Assembly (NCBI GenBank): GCA_043800695.1
Contig: JAZDMU010000019.1
Coordinates: 84,364 to 148,363, forward strand
Reading direction: 5' to 3'
DNA from: Bacteroidota bacterium
GTDB lineage: Bacteria > Bacteroidota > Bacteroidia > Bacteroidales > VadinHA17
DNA: 64,000 nt
The notes beneath the pieces were generated by a model. It was not told the origin of the DNA. It searched no databases and saw only the letters and a program-made list of their open reading frames with translations. How positions within the stretch are numbered: position 1 is the stretch's first letter; each line of letters starts with the position of its first letter. Of this stretch, positions 52,116-61,106 are shown piece after piece. Made by a program: the position numbers and the translations under genes.

Positions 52116-53960
52116 TTACCTGGTTTTTACAAGCCGGCTGAACCCTGATGGAAGTCCGTTCTTCTCAGCCATTATAATATATAAGCCCTCCCGGAGCGAT
52201 GATATATCTATCTGCTCGCGGAACGGGACCGAAATCATCTTTCTGCCATACAGATCGAAAATGGTTATTGACAGTGATTCAGCATCCTGCAGCTCCCCGC
52301 GGTCAATAAATATGTGATCGCCGGCAGGATTAGGCCAGAAACGCAGTGAACTGCCTCGCAAGGGCATGTCATTTATCGCAGTATTAAGAAGAGGACCCAG
52401 CACGGGTCTTATCATCAGGGTGCCTGATACCTGAGAAAGGTCCCAGTTCCCGTTAATCCAGTAATACTGCTTCCCGCCATGAGGAGTATTAAGGTCAATG
52501 CCGGCATTAAGGAATGTCTCTGAGCGTTGTCTCCATCCAATGTAGAATATGCCGTTTACCGCGACCTGGGAGGGGAGCGTATAAGTGTGGAATCCGTTAA
52601 CACCAACCCCCGGTTTTACAAGGACTTCTTCCAGGGCATAGAGCACATTCCCCGGGAGTCCGTTTGCATTGTCCCATATCATAAGATCGAACGACCTGAT
52701 ATTGGAATTCATATAGCTGTCGTTGAAGCAGATGGAGATTGCCCTCAGCGTGTCTTCAATAAACGATCTGAACCTGAATGCGACCATAGCATTTCTCGAT
52801 CCCAGTCCATTTACTCCATAACCGCCTTCAGCGGACCCGTCATCAAAAGCAAAGTAGTTTCCGAAATGCTGGCAGTAAACAATAGTATCGTTCTGTTTGG
52901 GGTCGAAATCATCTGTTATCAGCCAGCTTTTAATCCTGAAAAGAGCCGAGTCGGTGTTGTCCTTGAAAGTATAGAAGTGGCTGGCATCATAATCGACGCT
53001 GGTCAGCGGGGCTATATTCGTCGCTCCTGCCGTGAAGGATTTTGACAGTTTGTTGTTGTACACATCCCATATTTCAAAATTCCTGGTCACGTTTCTGGGG
53101 ATTATGTCATTATTACGGTAATGAATGCCGATAGTTTCCCCCATTTCTGACGTATACACTTCAATAAATTGCTTCCAGGGCATTGCTTCATGGTTGTTGA
53201 GCAATGATCTTACCGGATACCTGAAGGCAACGTCGGCATAAACAGTATCACCCCCGAATCTGTTCTTATCAAGTAGCACATAATCAATATTCCAGTGGTC
53301 GCAGTTGCCTGCAATTGAGGGATCGATGAGGTTTGCACTCAGGCTTGCATAATTAACGAACCTGAACCTGAATCCTTTTTTAAGGAACTTAGAATTGTCA
53401 ATCTTAATGGTAACGGCCCTGAAATCAGGGTAATTGCTACCGGTTGCCCTCCATACCGGGTGCCATTTCCCTTCTGCAGGAGCATAGAACTGAAGGGCAA
53501 GGCTGTCGTTTTCTTCAGGCGGATCGGCAATGCCTCCGGGCTGATAATGGAAGCTGAGCCAGATATTGTCAGATGCCGGATTATTAAGGTTTATCGGCTG
53601 TGAAGTAAGGTGATCAGCCTCGAAAGCCACGGAAGTGGCAGTCTCATACAGACTGCCGGTCTCCGAGAGGGCATCCATTGTGGCAATCCCCGTGGTTATC
53701 TGCCTGTTGCTGTATGTGTTGTTGATGAACACGTAGCTGTCAGACCATTTCACGGGATCCGGGATGATGCCTGCCAGTGAGAAATCATCAAAGAAAGGAA
53801 GTTCAAGAGTGTCCTGATTCAGCGATTGGGTAGTCTTCTTTGAATAAGCCCCGTTGTTAAGAAGGATATTTGAGGTCAGTCCTGTAACCGTCTCCTGTCC
53901 CCTGGCGAAACATGTCAGCAATACCAGAAGGATAATATTTATCAGGGCCTTTTTTATCAT
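52116..53960 (-). CDS. T9SS-secreted protein of unknown function (C-terminal Por sorting domain)
   Basis: Has a signal peptide. The C-terminal FWPNPAGDHIFI...ITIFDLYGRKM...LREGLYIIMAEKNG...RLVKTR matches the T9SS type-A CTD pattern. Confidence 0.75.
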   Translation of the reverse strand: MIKKALINIILLVLLTCFARGQETVTGLTSNILLNNGAYSKKTTQSLNQDTLELPFFDDFSLAGIIPDPVKWSDSYVFINNTYSNRQITTGIATMDALSETGSLYETATSVAFEADHLTSQPINLNNPASDNIWLSFHYQPGGIADPPEENDSLALQFYAPAEGKWHPVWRATGSNYPDFRAVTIKIDNSKFLKKGFRFRFVNYASLSANLIDPSIAGNCDHWNIDYVLLDKNRFGGDTVYADVAFRYPVRSLLNNHEAMPWKQFIEVYTSEMGETIGIHYRNNDIIPRNVTRNFEIWDVYNNKLSKSFTAGATNIAPLTSVDYDASHFYTFKDNTDSALFRIKSWLITDDFDPKQNDTIVYCQHFGNYFAFDDGSAEGGYGVNGLGSRNAMVAFRFRSFIEDTLRAISICFNDSYMNSNIRSFDLMIWDNANGLPGNVLYALEEVLVKPGVGVNGFHTYTLPSQVAVNGIFYIGWRQRSETFLNAGIDLNTPHGGKQYYWINGNWDLSQVSGTLMIRPVLGPLLNTAINDMPLRGSSLRFWPNPAGDHIFIDRGELQDAESLSITIFDLYGRKMISVPFREQIDISSLREGLYIIMAEKNGLPSGFSRLVKTR

Positions 53961-53965
53961 CAGGG

Positions 53966-54820
53966 TCAGATCATTGTTCCGGGAAGTATCCCCGACGGAA
54001 GTACGGTATCAGGCAAGACAATAAGGGTTGAATCGACAGGCAGCCTGAGCGAATCCACCGTAAGCCACAGGTAGATTGATGATCCCAGCTGAAGGGATGC
54101 ATCTTCCTTGTATTCAGGATTCTGCTTATATACAAAAGCATTCAGGCTGTCTTCGCTTGTGAGGATCGTATTGTCGAAAATAAATGTACCCAGGTTAAGG
54201 GATGCTCCGAAGATCCTGTTTCTTGCAGGTTCCAGTCTCATTCCTGTAAGGTCGGGAACCGGAGTTCTCTGGTTGCTCAGTCCTTTCCCCAGCACAAGGT
54301 CGATAACGCTTCCTTTCTGGATCGAATCACCGGGGACAGCATCCTTTCCATTAAGGAGCTGACTAAGCACCACGTTGATTGACAGATCAGCCTTATACCT
54401 TAGTTCTCCCATTTCAAGACCTGCATCCTCAATGAGGGCAATTGCCTGGCGCAGGGGAAGGTCTTTAAGGTCGGGTACTGCCACCATTTCAGGACGGAAA
54501 GCATTTATTGTCAGGATAATGTTCCTCCATTTTTTTACCCTGAAACCCGGCTTCGGGTTCTGCTCCGCCACGCAGCCCCGGGGCACGAGTGAGGTGTACA
54601 CGGAATCGATCACCTGGAATTTCATTTTGCTCTTCTTTGCGAGGGCGGCGGTCTTTTCCATGGTTAATCCCGTAAAATTAGGAACAACTCTCACCTGCCC
54701 ATGTCGTGTGTAAATGTTGAGCCATATAAGGAGAAGTATGATGGCGCCGGCAACAATAAGAAATGCCAGCCCCAGGTTCTTAAGAAATACCTTGCTGAAA
54801 ATGAAGTTCTTTAAGCTCAT
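53966..54820 (-). CDS. PASTA domain-containing membrane-anchored protein
   Basis: Has an N-terminal TM segment and three VP(N/D)(F/L)xG-initiated PASTA-like repeats. Confidence 0.75.
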   Translation of the reverse strand: MSLKNFIFSKVFLKNLGLAFLIVAGAIILLLIWLNIYTRHGQVRVVPNFTGLTMEKTAALAKKSKMKFQVIDSVYTSLVPRGCVAEQNPKPGFRVKKWRNIILTINAFRPEMVAVPDLKDLPLRQAIALIEDAGLEMGELRYKADLSINVVLSQLLNGKDAVPGDSIQKGSVIDLVLGKGLSNQRTPVPDLTGMRLEPARNRIFGASLNLGTFIFDNTILTSEDSLNAFVYKQNPEYKEDASLQLGSSIYLWLTVDSLRLPVDSTLIVLPDTVLPSGILPGTMI

Positions 54821-54871
54821 ACAGGCAATATGTACATAAGTGATAACGCAAATGTATAGATAAAATTATTA

Positions 54872-55972
54872 TCAGATCCTGTTGTAGAGTGAATCCCTCT
54901 CCACCGGTTCGAAGCCAGCTTCAATAATAAGTTTTCGGATCTCTTCGGTTGACATCGAGGGATTCTGATCTTCGGCTCCTGCCATGGAGTAGATCCGTGT
55001 TGTGTCGTCGATGGTGCCATCAAGGTCATCAGCCCCGAAAGAGAGGCTTAACTGTGCAGCCGGTTTCCCTGTCATCGGCCAGTATGCCTTGATGTGAGGG
55101 ATATTGTCAAGATAGATCCTGGCAACCGCATAATTGCGCAGATCTTCAGTGATGCTCACTTCACCGACCCCTGACATGCTGTTATTCTCCTTTTTGAACT
55201 TAAGGGGAATAAATGCATTAAACCCTCCCGTCCTGTCCTGCAATTTCCTGAGTCTCTCCATGTGATCTATTCTGTGGGAATAGCTTTCGAGATGACCATA
55301 AAGCATTGTGGCGTTCGAAGGTATCCCTGCCCTGTGAGCTGTTTCGTGGATATGAAGCCACATCTCCGATGATGTTTTTTCATTGCATATCTCCCTCCTG
55401 AGCTTCTCATCAAATATTTCAGCTCCCCCTCCGGGTATCGAGTCAAGTCCGTACTCCCTGAGTCTTACCATTCCCTGCTGAATTGTCATTCCTGACTTCT
55501 TAATCATGAATTCAATTTCAGGAGCCGAGAATGCCTTGACATGAAGCGACGGCCTGTGCTTTTTTATTTTTTGTATCAGGCTGCCATAATAATCGAGGTC
55601 GTATGATGGATGAACTCCGCCAACGATATGCACTTCACGCACATCACTGCCATCAAACCTTTTTACGATATCAAGCATCTGCTCGTGGCTGTATTCCCAG
55701 CTCTCAGGATCTGAAGCAGCTTTATGGTAGGAGCAGAAGCGGCAATTATAAATACACTTGTTTGTGGGCTCAATGTGGAAATTCCTGATAAAGTACGCGA
55801 AGCCGTTGTTTATCCGTCTTCTGACAATGCCTGCGAGCAAACCAAGAACCGACAGATCAGCTTTGCCGTAAAGCATCAATCCTTCCCCGGGTAAGATGCG
55901 GGTGCCGGCTATCACTTTTTCGGCTATCTGCCTGGTTTCCTGGTTATGTATGTTTTCGATCAGAGTATTCAT
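54872..55972 (-). CDS. CofH/MqnC/MqnE-family radical SAM enzyme (futalosine-type menaquinone pathway candidate)
   Basis: Has HIEPTNKCIYNCRFCSY (CX3CX2C) and VREVHIVGGVHP. The track start at 56002 is TTG and falls inside a terminator T-tract, whereas ATG 55972 follows a TAAATTTG box. Confidence 0.75.
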   Translation of the reverse strand: MNTLIENIHNQETRQIAEKVIAGTRILPGEGLMLYGKADLSVLGLLAGIVRRRINNGFAYFIRNFHIEPTNKCIYNCRFCSYHKAASDPESWEYSHEQMLDIVKRFDGSDVREVHIVGGVHPSYDLDYYGSLIQKIKKHRPSLHVKAFSAPEIEFMIKKSGMTIQQGMVRLREYGLDSIPGGGAEIFDEKLRREICNEKTSSEMWLHIHETAHRAGIPSNATMLYGHLESYSHRIDHMERLRKLQDRTGGFNAFIPLKFKKENNSMSGVGEVSITEDLRNYAVARIYLDNIPHIKAYWPMTGKPAAQLSLSFGADDLDGTIDDTTRIYSMAGAEDQNPSMSTEEIRKLIIEAGFEPVERDSLYNRI

Positions 55973-55990
55973 CAGAGAATTATACCTGTG

Positions 55991-55998
55991 CAAATTTA
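55991..55998 (-). promoter_or_regulatory. candidate -7 box (TAAATTTG) upstream of the Mqn-like gene
   Basis: The minus strand reads TAAATTTG directly after the rpmH terminator T-tract, 18 nt before ATG 55972. Confidence 0.4.
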
Positions 55999-56000
55999 AC

Positions 56001-56030
56001 AAAAAAGGTGCCTTAAACCGGCACCTTTTC
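56001..56030 (-). terminator. intrinsic terminator after rpmH (palindromic, potentially bidirectional)
   Basis: The stem is GGTGCC (56007-56012) paired with GGCACC (56020-56025), with a 7-nt loop. It is flanked by A6 on one side and T4 on the other. On the minus strand it reads GGTGCCggtttaaGGCACCTTTTTT, starting about 25 nt after the rpmH stop codon. Confidence 0.75.
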
Positions 56031-56050
56031 TAATGTATCGTTAACAGGAA

Positions 56051-56209
56051 TTATCCTTTAAGCTTAAGCTCGGAAGAGGCTGTGAGTTTCTTTCTGCCTT
56101 TTGCCCTGCGCGAAGCAAGGACTCTCCTTCCGTTGGCGGTGGACATTCTTTCCCTGAATCCATGCTTATTTGCCCTTTTCCTTCTTGACGGCTGATATGT
56201 CCTTTTCAT
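56051..56209 (-). CDS. rpmH: 50S ribosomal protein L34
   Basis: My own translation; at 52 aa it is below the track length cut-off. It reads [52 protein letters not shown]. Confidence 0.93.
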   Translation of the reverse strand: MKRTYQPSRRKRANKHGFRERMSTANGRRVLASRRAKGRKKLTASSELKLKG

Positions 56210-56243
56210 TGATGTACGGTATTATGATTTAAATTTAAGACCG

Positions 56244-56251
56244 CAAAAATA
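56244..56251 (-). promoter_or_regulatory. candidate -7 box (TATTTTTG) upstream of rpmH
   Basis: The minus strand reads TATTTTTG, 34 nt before ATG 56209. Confidence 0.35.
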
Positions 56252-56297
56252 ATGATTTTTTCGAAATAAATAAACTAATTCTGATTTTTATTCCGTG

Positions 56298-56963
56298 TCA
56301 ATCCCCCGACAAGTCGGGGCAGGCTGTGTTATCCCTGGTGAAAACAGGAAGGTGAATTATTTTCTTTGTCTCAAAAAAGGTCTCAGAAAAAAAATCCCTT
56401 ATATTCCAAACTTGCACTTTTTTCTTCAGTGCACCCAATTCAATTTCAAGATTACCTCCCTTAAGATAGAGGATGCCGTTCCTGAGCTGGTTATTCTCCT
56501 CCTGTGATACATTCTTTGAGGTGAGCCTGACAAACCTGGGGAATTCAGTTACAGCCCGGCAGATGACGAAATCGTACCTGCCTTTTTCCTCCTCCGCTCT
56601 TTTCCTTGACGGAACAACGTTTTTTAATCCGAGCTCTCCGGCAATGGCAGTTACCACCTTTATTTTCTTTTCTATTGAATCAAGAAGAGTGAATTCCGAA
56701 TCCGGAAACAGGATTGCCAGTGGGATACCGGGCAGGCCCCCGCCTGTTCCGACGTCCAGTATCCGTGTGCCGGGACTGAAGTTTAATATCCTGGCAATTG
56801 ACAATGAGTGAAGAACATGATGAACATAGAAATTCTCCATGTCTTTTCTCGAGATCACATTGATCAGGCTGTTCCACGATGAATATACCGGTTTCATCAG
56901 GGATATCTGCTCTTTCTGTTCCGGTGAAAGCAACGGGAAATATCTGAATACTGTTCCGGGCAT
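56298..56963 (-). CDS. rsmG: 16S rRNA (guanine527-N7)-methyltransferase
   Basis: GidB-like, with HVLHSL and the SAM-binding block ILDVGTGGGLPGIPLAI. Confidence 0.88.
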   Translation of the reverse strand: MPGTVFRYFPLLSPEQKEQISLMKPVYSSWNSLINVISRKDMENFYVHHVLHSLSIARILNFSPGTRILDVGTGGGLPGIPLAILFPDSEFTLLDSIEKKIKVVTAIAGELGLKNVVPSRKRAEEEKGRYDFVICRAVTEFPRFVRLTSKNVSQEENNQLRNGILYLKGGNLEIELGALKKKVQVWNIRDFFSETFFETKKIIHLPVFTRDNTACPDLSGD

Positions 56964-57559
56964 TACCTGTTGCCTGTTTTTATGAAGATATTGTAAAGCA
57001 GCGTCTTTGCCCTGTAGAGCTGGGCTTTGACCGTACCAATTGGCAGATTGAGCTCGGAGGCAATCTCTTCATATGAGTACTCCTTGTAATAGCGGAGTTC
57101 AATCATCTCCCTGTAGGGCGATTTAAGCTGGTTAACTATTTTCCGGAGTGTGGCAATTTTCTGGTCATTAATGAGTGCCTCTTCAGGATCGGGGAGATCC
57201 GACTGTATATTGCTGGTAATATTGTCCATCCCCGGAGTGTTCTGATCAAATGGGACCGGAGATGATTGCTTCTTCCTGACGAAATCGATGCAATTATTGG
57301 TGGCAATCATGAAGAGCCAGGTACTGAATGCAAAACGGGGCTCATAGGAATCAATGCTCCTGAAGGCCTTTCCAAAAGCTTCGATCGTAAGGTCTTCCGC
57401 ATCAGAGGGATTATTTACCATCTTGAGGAGCAAGAAATAAATTGAATCCCGGTACCGGTTCATAAGGCTGGCAAATGCCTTTTCATTTCCCTTTTTAGCC
57501 TCCGCTACCAGTACGAGATCACTTTTTGCCTTGTCCGACAGCCCCTGGTTTATTTCCAT
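56963..57559 (-). CDS. ECF-type sigma-70 family RNA polymerase sigma factor
   Basis: Region 2 (FASLMNRYRDSIYFLLLKMVNNPSDAEDLTIEAF) and region 4 (YKEYSYEEIASELNLPIGTVKAQLYRAK) are both present. Confidence 0.88.
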   Translation of the reverse strand: MEINQGLSDKAKSDLVLVAEAKKGNEKAFASLMNRYRDSIYFLLLKMVNNPSDAEDLTIEAFGKAFRSIDSYEPRFAFSTWLFMIATNNCIDFVRKKQSSPVPFDQNTPGMDNITSNIQSDLPDPEEALINDQKIATLRKIVNQLKSPYREMIELRYYKEYSYEEIASELNLPIGTVKAQLYRAKTLLYNIFIKTGNR

Positions 57560-58683
57560 TGGTTCCTGGTTGACTTCGACAGGGTGTTGCTCAGATAGAT
57601 CATGCTGTTAATCAGCGGGGAAAAGATATCAAAAAACAGTGAATAAAAAGCCAGGCCTCCTTCATTCAGGGCTTTCTGCCCCGGGATGATCACAGACAAA
57701 AATGCAATGAGCCGTAATCCGAAGATTGCCAGTGTATAAGGCCAGAGGAACAAATTTACCATCAAAACGATAAATGAAGCATAAAGCAGGATCCTTGTGA
57801 ACGGTTCGGTCACCAGGAGGAAAATATCACGTGCTTTGTAGTATCTGGCAGTCCTGAGATGCCTTTTCTTCTGGCTCACCCACTCCTCAACCGATATCGC
57901 AGGCACCGATCTTGTATGGTTTTCTTTCCTGAATTCCACACGTGTATTGTTCCTGCCTGCATTTGAATTTACGAACAGGTCATCATCGCCGGAGATAATA
58001 TGATTGTGTGCGCCAAATCCCTTATTGTCGAAAAATACCCTCCGCCTGTAAGACAGGTTACGGCCAACGCCCATGTAGGGAATGCCTCTGATTGCCATTC
58101 CCAGGTACTGCAATGCTATTGTCATGGTGTCGTACCTGATATACCTGTTCAGAAGTCCCTTTGCCCTGATATAGCCTCCATAGCCGAGAACAAAATCGGT
58201 CCCCGGGTCAAAATGTGAAGTCATTCCTGACAGCCAGTTCCGTGATTCCGGCCGGCAGTCGGCATCTGTAAAAACAAGTATGTCGTTCACTGATGCCTTT
58301 ATCCCTATGAACTGGGCGAATTTCTTGTTGTGAGTGAACTTCGGATCCTTATTTACATTGGAAATCCTGAGATGCGGATACTTCAGCAAATACTCTCCCA
58401 GAACATTATAGGTATCATCTTCCGAACAATCATTAACGACTATCACTTCGTATCCGGAGTGCTCCTGCTCCAGAACAGCCGGAAGGAAATTCCTGAGATT
58501 TGCAGATTCATTCCTTGCACAAATGATCACCGAAACAGGATTCTTTTCAGATACCTCCCCGGCATCCTGATGCTTATGAAGGGTAACTGCAAGGTAAAAG
58601 TACAGGTAATAGAAAAGCTGAATTGCTGCAGAAAGAGCAAACAATATAAATACGATCATCAGGAAGGGATTGTCCAGGAACAT
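57550..58683 (-). CDS. membrane-anchored family 2 glycosyltransferase
   Basis: N-terminal TM segment, a GT-A block VSVIICARNE...VIVVNDCSEDDT...FTDADC, a QKKRH (QxxRW-like) motif and C-terminal TM segments. Confidence 0.8.
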   Translation of the reverse strand: MFLDNPFLMIVFILFALSAAIQLFYYLYFYLAVTLHKHQDAGEVSEKNPVSVIICARNESANLRNFLPAVLEQEHSGYEVIVVNDCSEDDTYNVLGEYLLKYPHLRISNVNKDPKFTHNKKFAQFIGIKASVNDILVFTDADCRPESRNWLSGMTSHFDPGTDFVLGYGGYIRAKGLLNRYIRYDTMTIALQYLGMAIRGIPYMGVGRNLSYRRRVFFDNKGFGAHNHIISGDDDLFVNSNAGRNNTRVEFRKENHTRSVPAISVEEWVSQKKRHLRTARYYKARDIFLLVTEPFTRILLYASFIVLMVNLFLWPYTLAIFGLRLIAFLSVIIPGQKALNEGGLAFYSLFFDIFSPLINSMIYLSNTLSKSTRNQWK

Positions 58684-58776
58684 TTTCGGGCTGTCATAAA
58701 TCCGCGCAATATTAATTAAGATAATCGGAATGGTGAAAAAAAAGTTTGATAATTTCCTCAGCCCGAACGGATGAAT

Positions 58777-58784
58777 TACATTTG
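58777..58784 (+). promoter_or_regulatory. candidate -7 box (TACATTTG) upstream of tgt
   Basis: Matches TAnnTTTG and lies 24 nt before ATG 58809. Confidence 0.35.
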
Positions 58785-58808
58785 TGCTTCAAATATCAGG
58801 GCAGTATA

Positions 58809-59936
58809 ATGTTCAGGATTGAGAGCAGGGATAAGGATACAAATGCCAGGGCCGGGGTACTTTCAACAGAACACGGAGATATCCCGACACCTGTTTTTAT
58901 GCCTGTCGGAACCGGAGGGACTGTAAAAGGTATACTCCAGCGGGATCTTGTTGAGGAAATTGATGCAAAGATCATCCTGGGGAACACCTACCATCTTTAC
59001 CTTCGTCCCGGAACCCCGATTTTGAAAGCGGCAGGAGGCCTTCATAAGTTCATGTCATGGGACCTTCCCATACTGACTGACAGCGGAGGCTACCAGGTTT
59101 TTTCACTTTCCCCGAACAGAAAGCTCAGCGATAACGGAGCTGTCTTCAGGTCGCATATTGACGGATCGGAACACTTATTTACGCCTGAGAACACGGTTGA
59201 CATTCAAAGGATCATAGGATCCGATATAATGATGGTGCTTGATGAATGTGCTCCTTTTCCATGCGATCATAAATATGCAAAGAAATCAATAGCGCTGACC
59301 CACCACTGGCTCGATCGGGCAGTGGAAAGATTCCGCAGCACCGATCCGCTGTGGGGGTACAACCAGCTCCTTTTCCCGATAGTCCAGGGAGGCATCTTTG
59401 ATGATCTTCGCAAAATCTCTGCTGAAAAAGTCGCCGGAGCATGCATGGCAGGAAATGCAATAGGAGGCCTGTCGGTAGGAGAACCCGCAGAGGAGATGTA
59501 CAGGACAATTGAAATAGTGAATGAGATACTTCCTGAAGAGAAGCCCAGGTACCTGATGGGAGTCGGAACACCTGTAAACATACTGGAAGCGATCGACAGA
59601 GGAATTGATATGTTCGATTGCGTTATGCCGACAAGGAACGGGAGGAACGGCATGCTGTTCACTTCCGAGGGCATTCTCAACATAAAGAATAACAGGTGGA
59701 GCGATGATTTCAGTCCGATCGATCCGGCCGGGCCATCATCAGTAAGTATCATATATTCAAAGGCATATCTCAGGCACCTGATAATATCGGGAGAAATACT
59801 GGGATCGCAGATATCGAGTATACATAATCTTGCGTTTTATCTGAGTCTTGTCAGGCAGGCAAGGGAACAAATTGTGAAAGGGAATTTCAGAACATGGAAA
59901 GAGTCAATGACAAGAAGACTTTCAGAACGGTTATAG
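58809..59936 (+). CDS. tgt: tRNA-guanine transglycosylase (queuine tRNA-ribosyltransferase)
   Basis: Has ARAGVLSTEHGDIPTPVFMPVGT, ILTDSGGYQVFSL and LMGVGTP. ATG 58809 follows a TACATTTG box; the track start at 58746 is too early. Confidence 0.93.
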   Translation: MFRIESRDKDTNARAGVLSTEHGDIPTPVFMPVGTGGTVKGILQRDLVEEIDAKIILGNTYHLYLRPGTPILKAAGGLHKFMSWDLPILTDSGGYQVFSLSPNRKLSDNGAVFRSHIDGSEHLFTPENTVDIQRIIGSDIMMVLDECAPFPCDHKYAKKSIALTHHWLDRAVERFRSTDPLWGYNQLLFPIVQGGIFDDLRKISAEKVAGACMAGNAIGGLSVGEPAEEMYRTIEIVNEILPEEKPRYLMGVGTPVNILEAIDRGIDMFDCVMPTRNGRNGMLFTSEGILNIKNNRWSDDFSPIDPAGPSSVSIIYSKAYLRHLIISGEILGSQISSIHNLAFYLSLVRQAREQIVKGNFRTWKESMTRRLSERL

Positions 59937-61030
59937 GCTTCTTCAGGCTGAAGATAATCGACTGGTACATCATCAGGAAGTTCCTGGGGACCTTCTTCTT
60001 TTCCCTTGTCCTGATTATGACCATTGCAGTTGTATTTGACCTTTCCGAGAAGATCGACAATTTCATGGAGAAGCAAGCCCCGTGGCGTGCTGTGGTTTTT
60101 GATTATTATTTTAATTTCATCCCCTATTTTGCCACTCTCTTTGCTCCGCTGTTCGTATTCATTTCGGTCATCTTCTTTACATCACGCATGGCCGTAAACA
60201 CCGAGATCATTGCAATACTGAACAGCGGAATGAGCTTCAGGAGGATGATGATGCCATACTTCCTTTCATCATTTGTGATAGCGGTGTTCATCTTTTACCT
60301 CACCAATTTCGTGATCCCCCAGACAGCGCTTGAGCGGATGGATTTTGAGGACAAATACTACCGGCCCCAATGGAGGAAGGTTAATGTCGAGAATATTCAC
60401 AGGCAGGTCTATCCGAATATATATGTATACATGGAATCTTACAGCCCTGTTTACCTGAGAGGCAGGAACTTTACTCTGGAGCGATTCAATGAGGAGGGCA
60501 ATCTTGTTTCAAAACTATCTGCTCCGTCAGTAGTGTGGGATTCCATCAATTCGAAATGGACAGCTTCGAATTATATAATGAGAGAGATTTATGGCAATGA
60601 GGAAACAGTAACAAAAGGAACCAGGATTGACACGACCCTGACAATCAGTCCGGGTGATTTTTCGCGCGACCCTGGTTTCGTTGGGACAATGACATTCAGG
60701 GAACTTTACGATTATATCGATCTGCTGAAGCTTCAGGGGTCTGATGAGCTGAAGGTGTTCCTGATTGAAAAACACCGCAGATGGGCCCATCCTTTTGCAG
60801 TTTTCATTCTGACACTTATCGGGGTCTCCCTCTCTTCGAAAAAGATCAGGGGAGGGATCGGCATGAGCATTGGCATCGGGCTTGCCCTAAGCTTCTCATA
60901 TATTCTCTTTCTTCAGTTTGCTTCACAATTCTCGGTCAAGGGCAACCTGAATCCGATGTTCGCAATGTGGATACCAAATCTCTTGTATATGGTCATTGCC
61001 GGCGTACTATATAAATTAGCTCCCAAATAG
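59894..61030 (+). CDS. LptF/LptG-family (YjgP/YjgQ) permease
   Basis: Has IIDWYIIRKFLGTFFFSLVLIM and six TM segments with a periplasmic middle domain. The start is uncertain because ATG 59894 overlaps tgt by 43 nt. Confidence 0.8.
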   Translation: MERVNDKKTFRTVIGFFRLKIIDWYIIRKFLGTFFFSLVLIMTIAVVFDLSEKIDNFMEKQAPWRAVVFDYYFNFIPYFATLFAPLFVFISVIFFTSRMAVNTEIIAILNSGMSFRRMMMPYFLSSFVIAVFIFYLTNFVIPQTALERMDFEDKYYRPQWRKVNVENIHRQVYPNIYVYMESYSPVYLRGRNFTLERFNEEGNLVSKLSAPSVVWDSINSKWTASNYIMREIYGNEETVTKGTRIDTTLTISPGDFSRDPGFVGTMTFRELYDYIDLLKLQGSDELKVFLIEKHRRWAHPFAVFILTLIGVSLSSKKIRGGIGMSIGIGLALSFSYILFLQFASQFSVKGNLNPMFAMWIPNLLYMVIAGVLYKLAPK

Positions 61031-61106
61031 TTACCTCAAATCGGACAATTTGCTTAAACTTGTACCCCTGGAATGATCCCGGGTAAATTTCTGAAATCTT
61101 CATTTT

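Noticed and set aside
54817-55029. A 70-aa minus-strand ORF overlapping the 3' end of the Mqn-like gene and the PASTA gene start.
   Set aside because: It lies in a different frame of a well-supported gene and has no motif support.
56210-56297. A replication origin (oriC), because rpmH and rsmG (gidB) are classical origin-linked genes and the spacer is AT-rich.
   Set aside because: The spacer has no cluster of DnaA boxes. The only TGTGGATAA I noticed is inside araA near 10346. There is also no dnaA, dnaN or parAB in the window.
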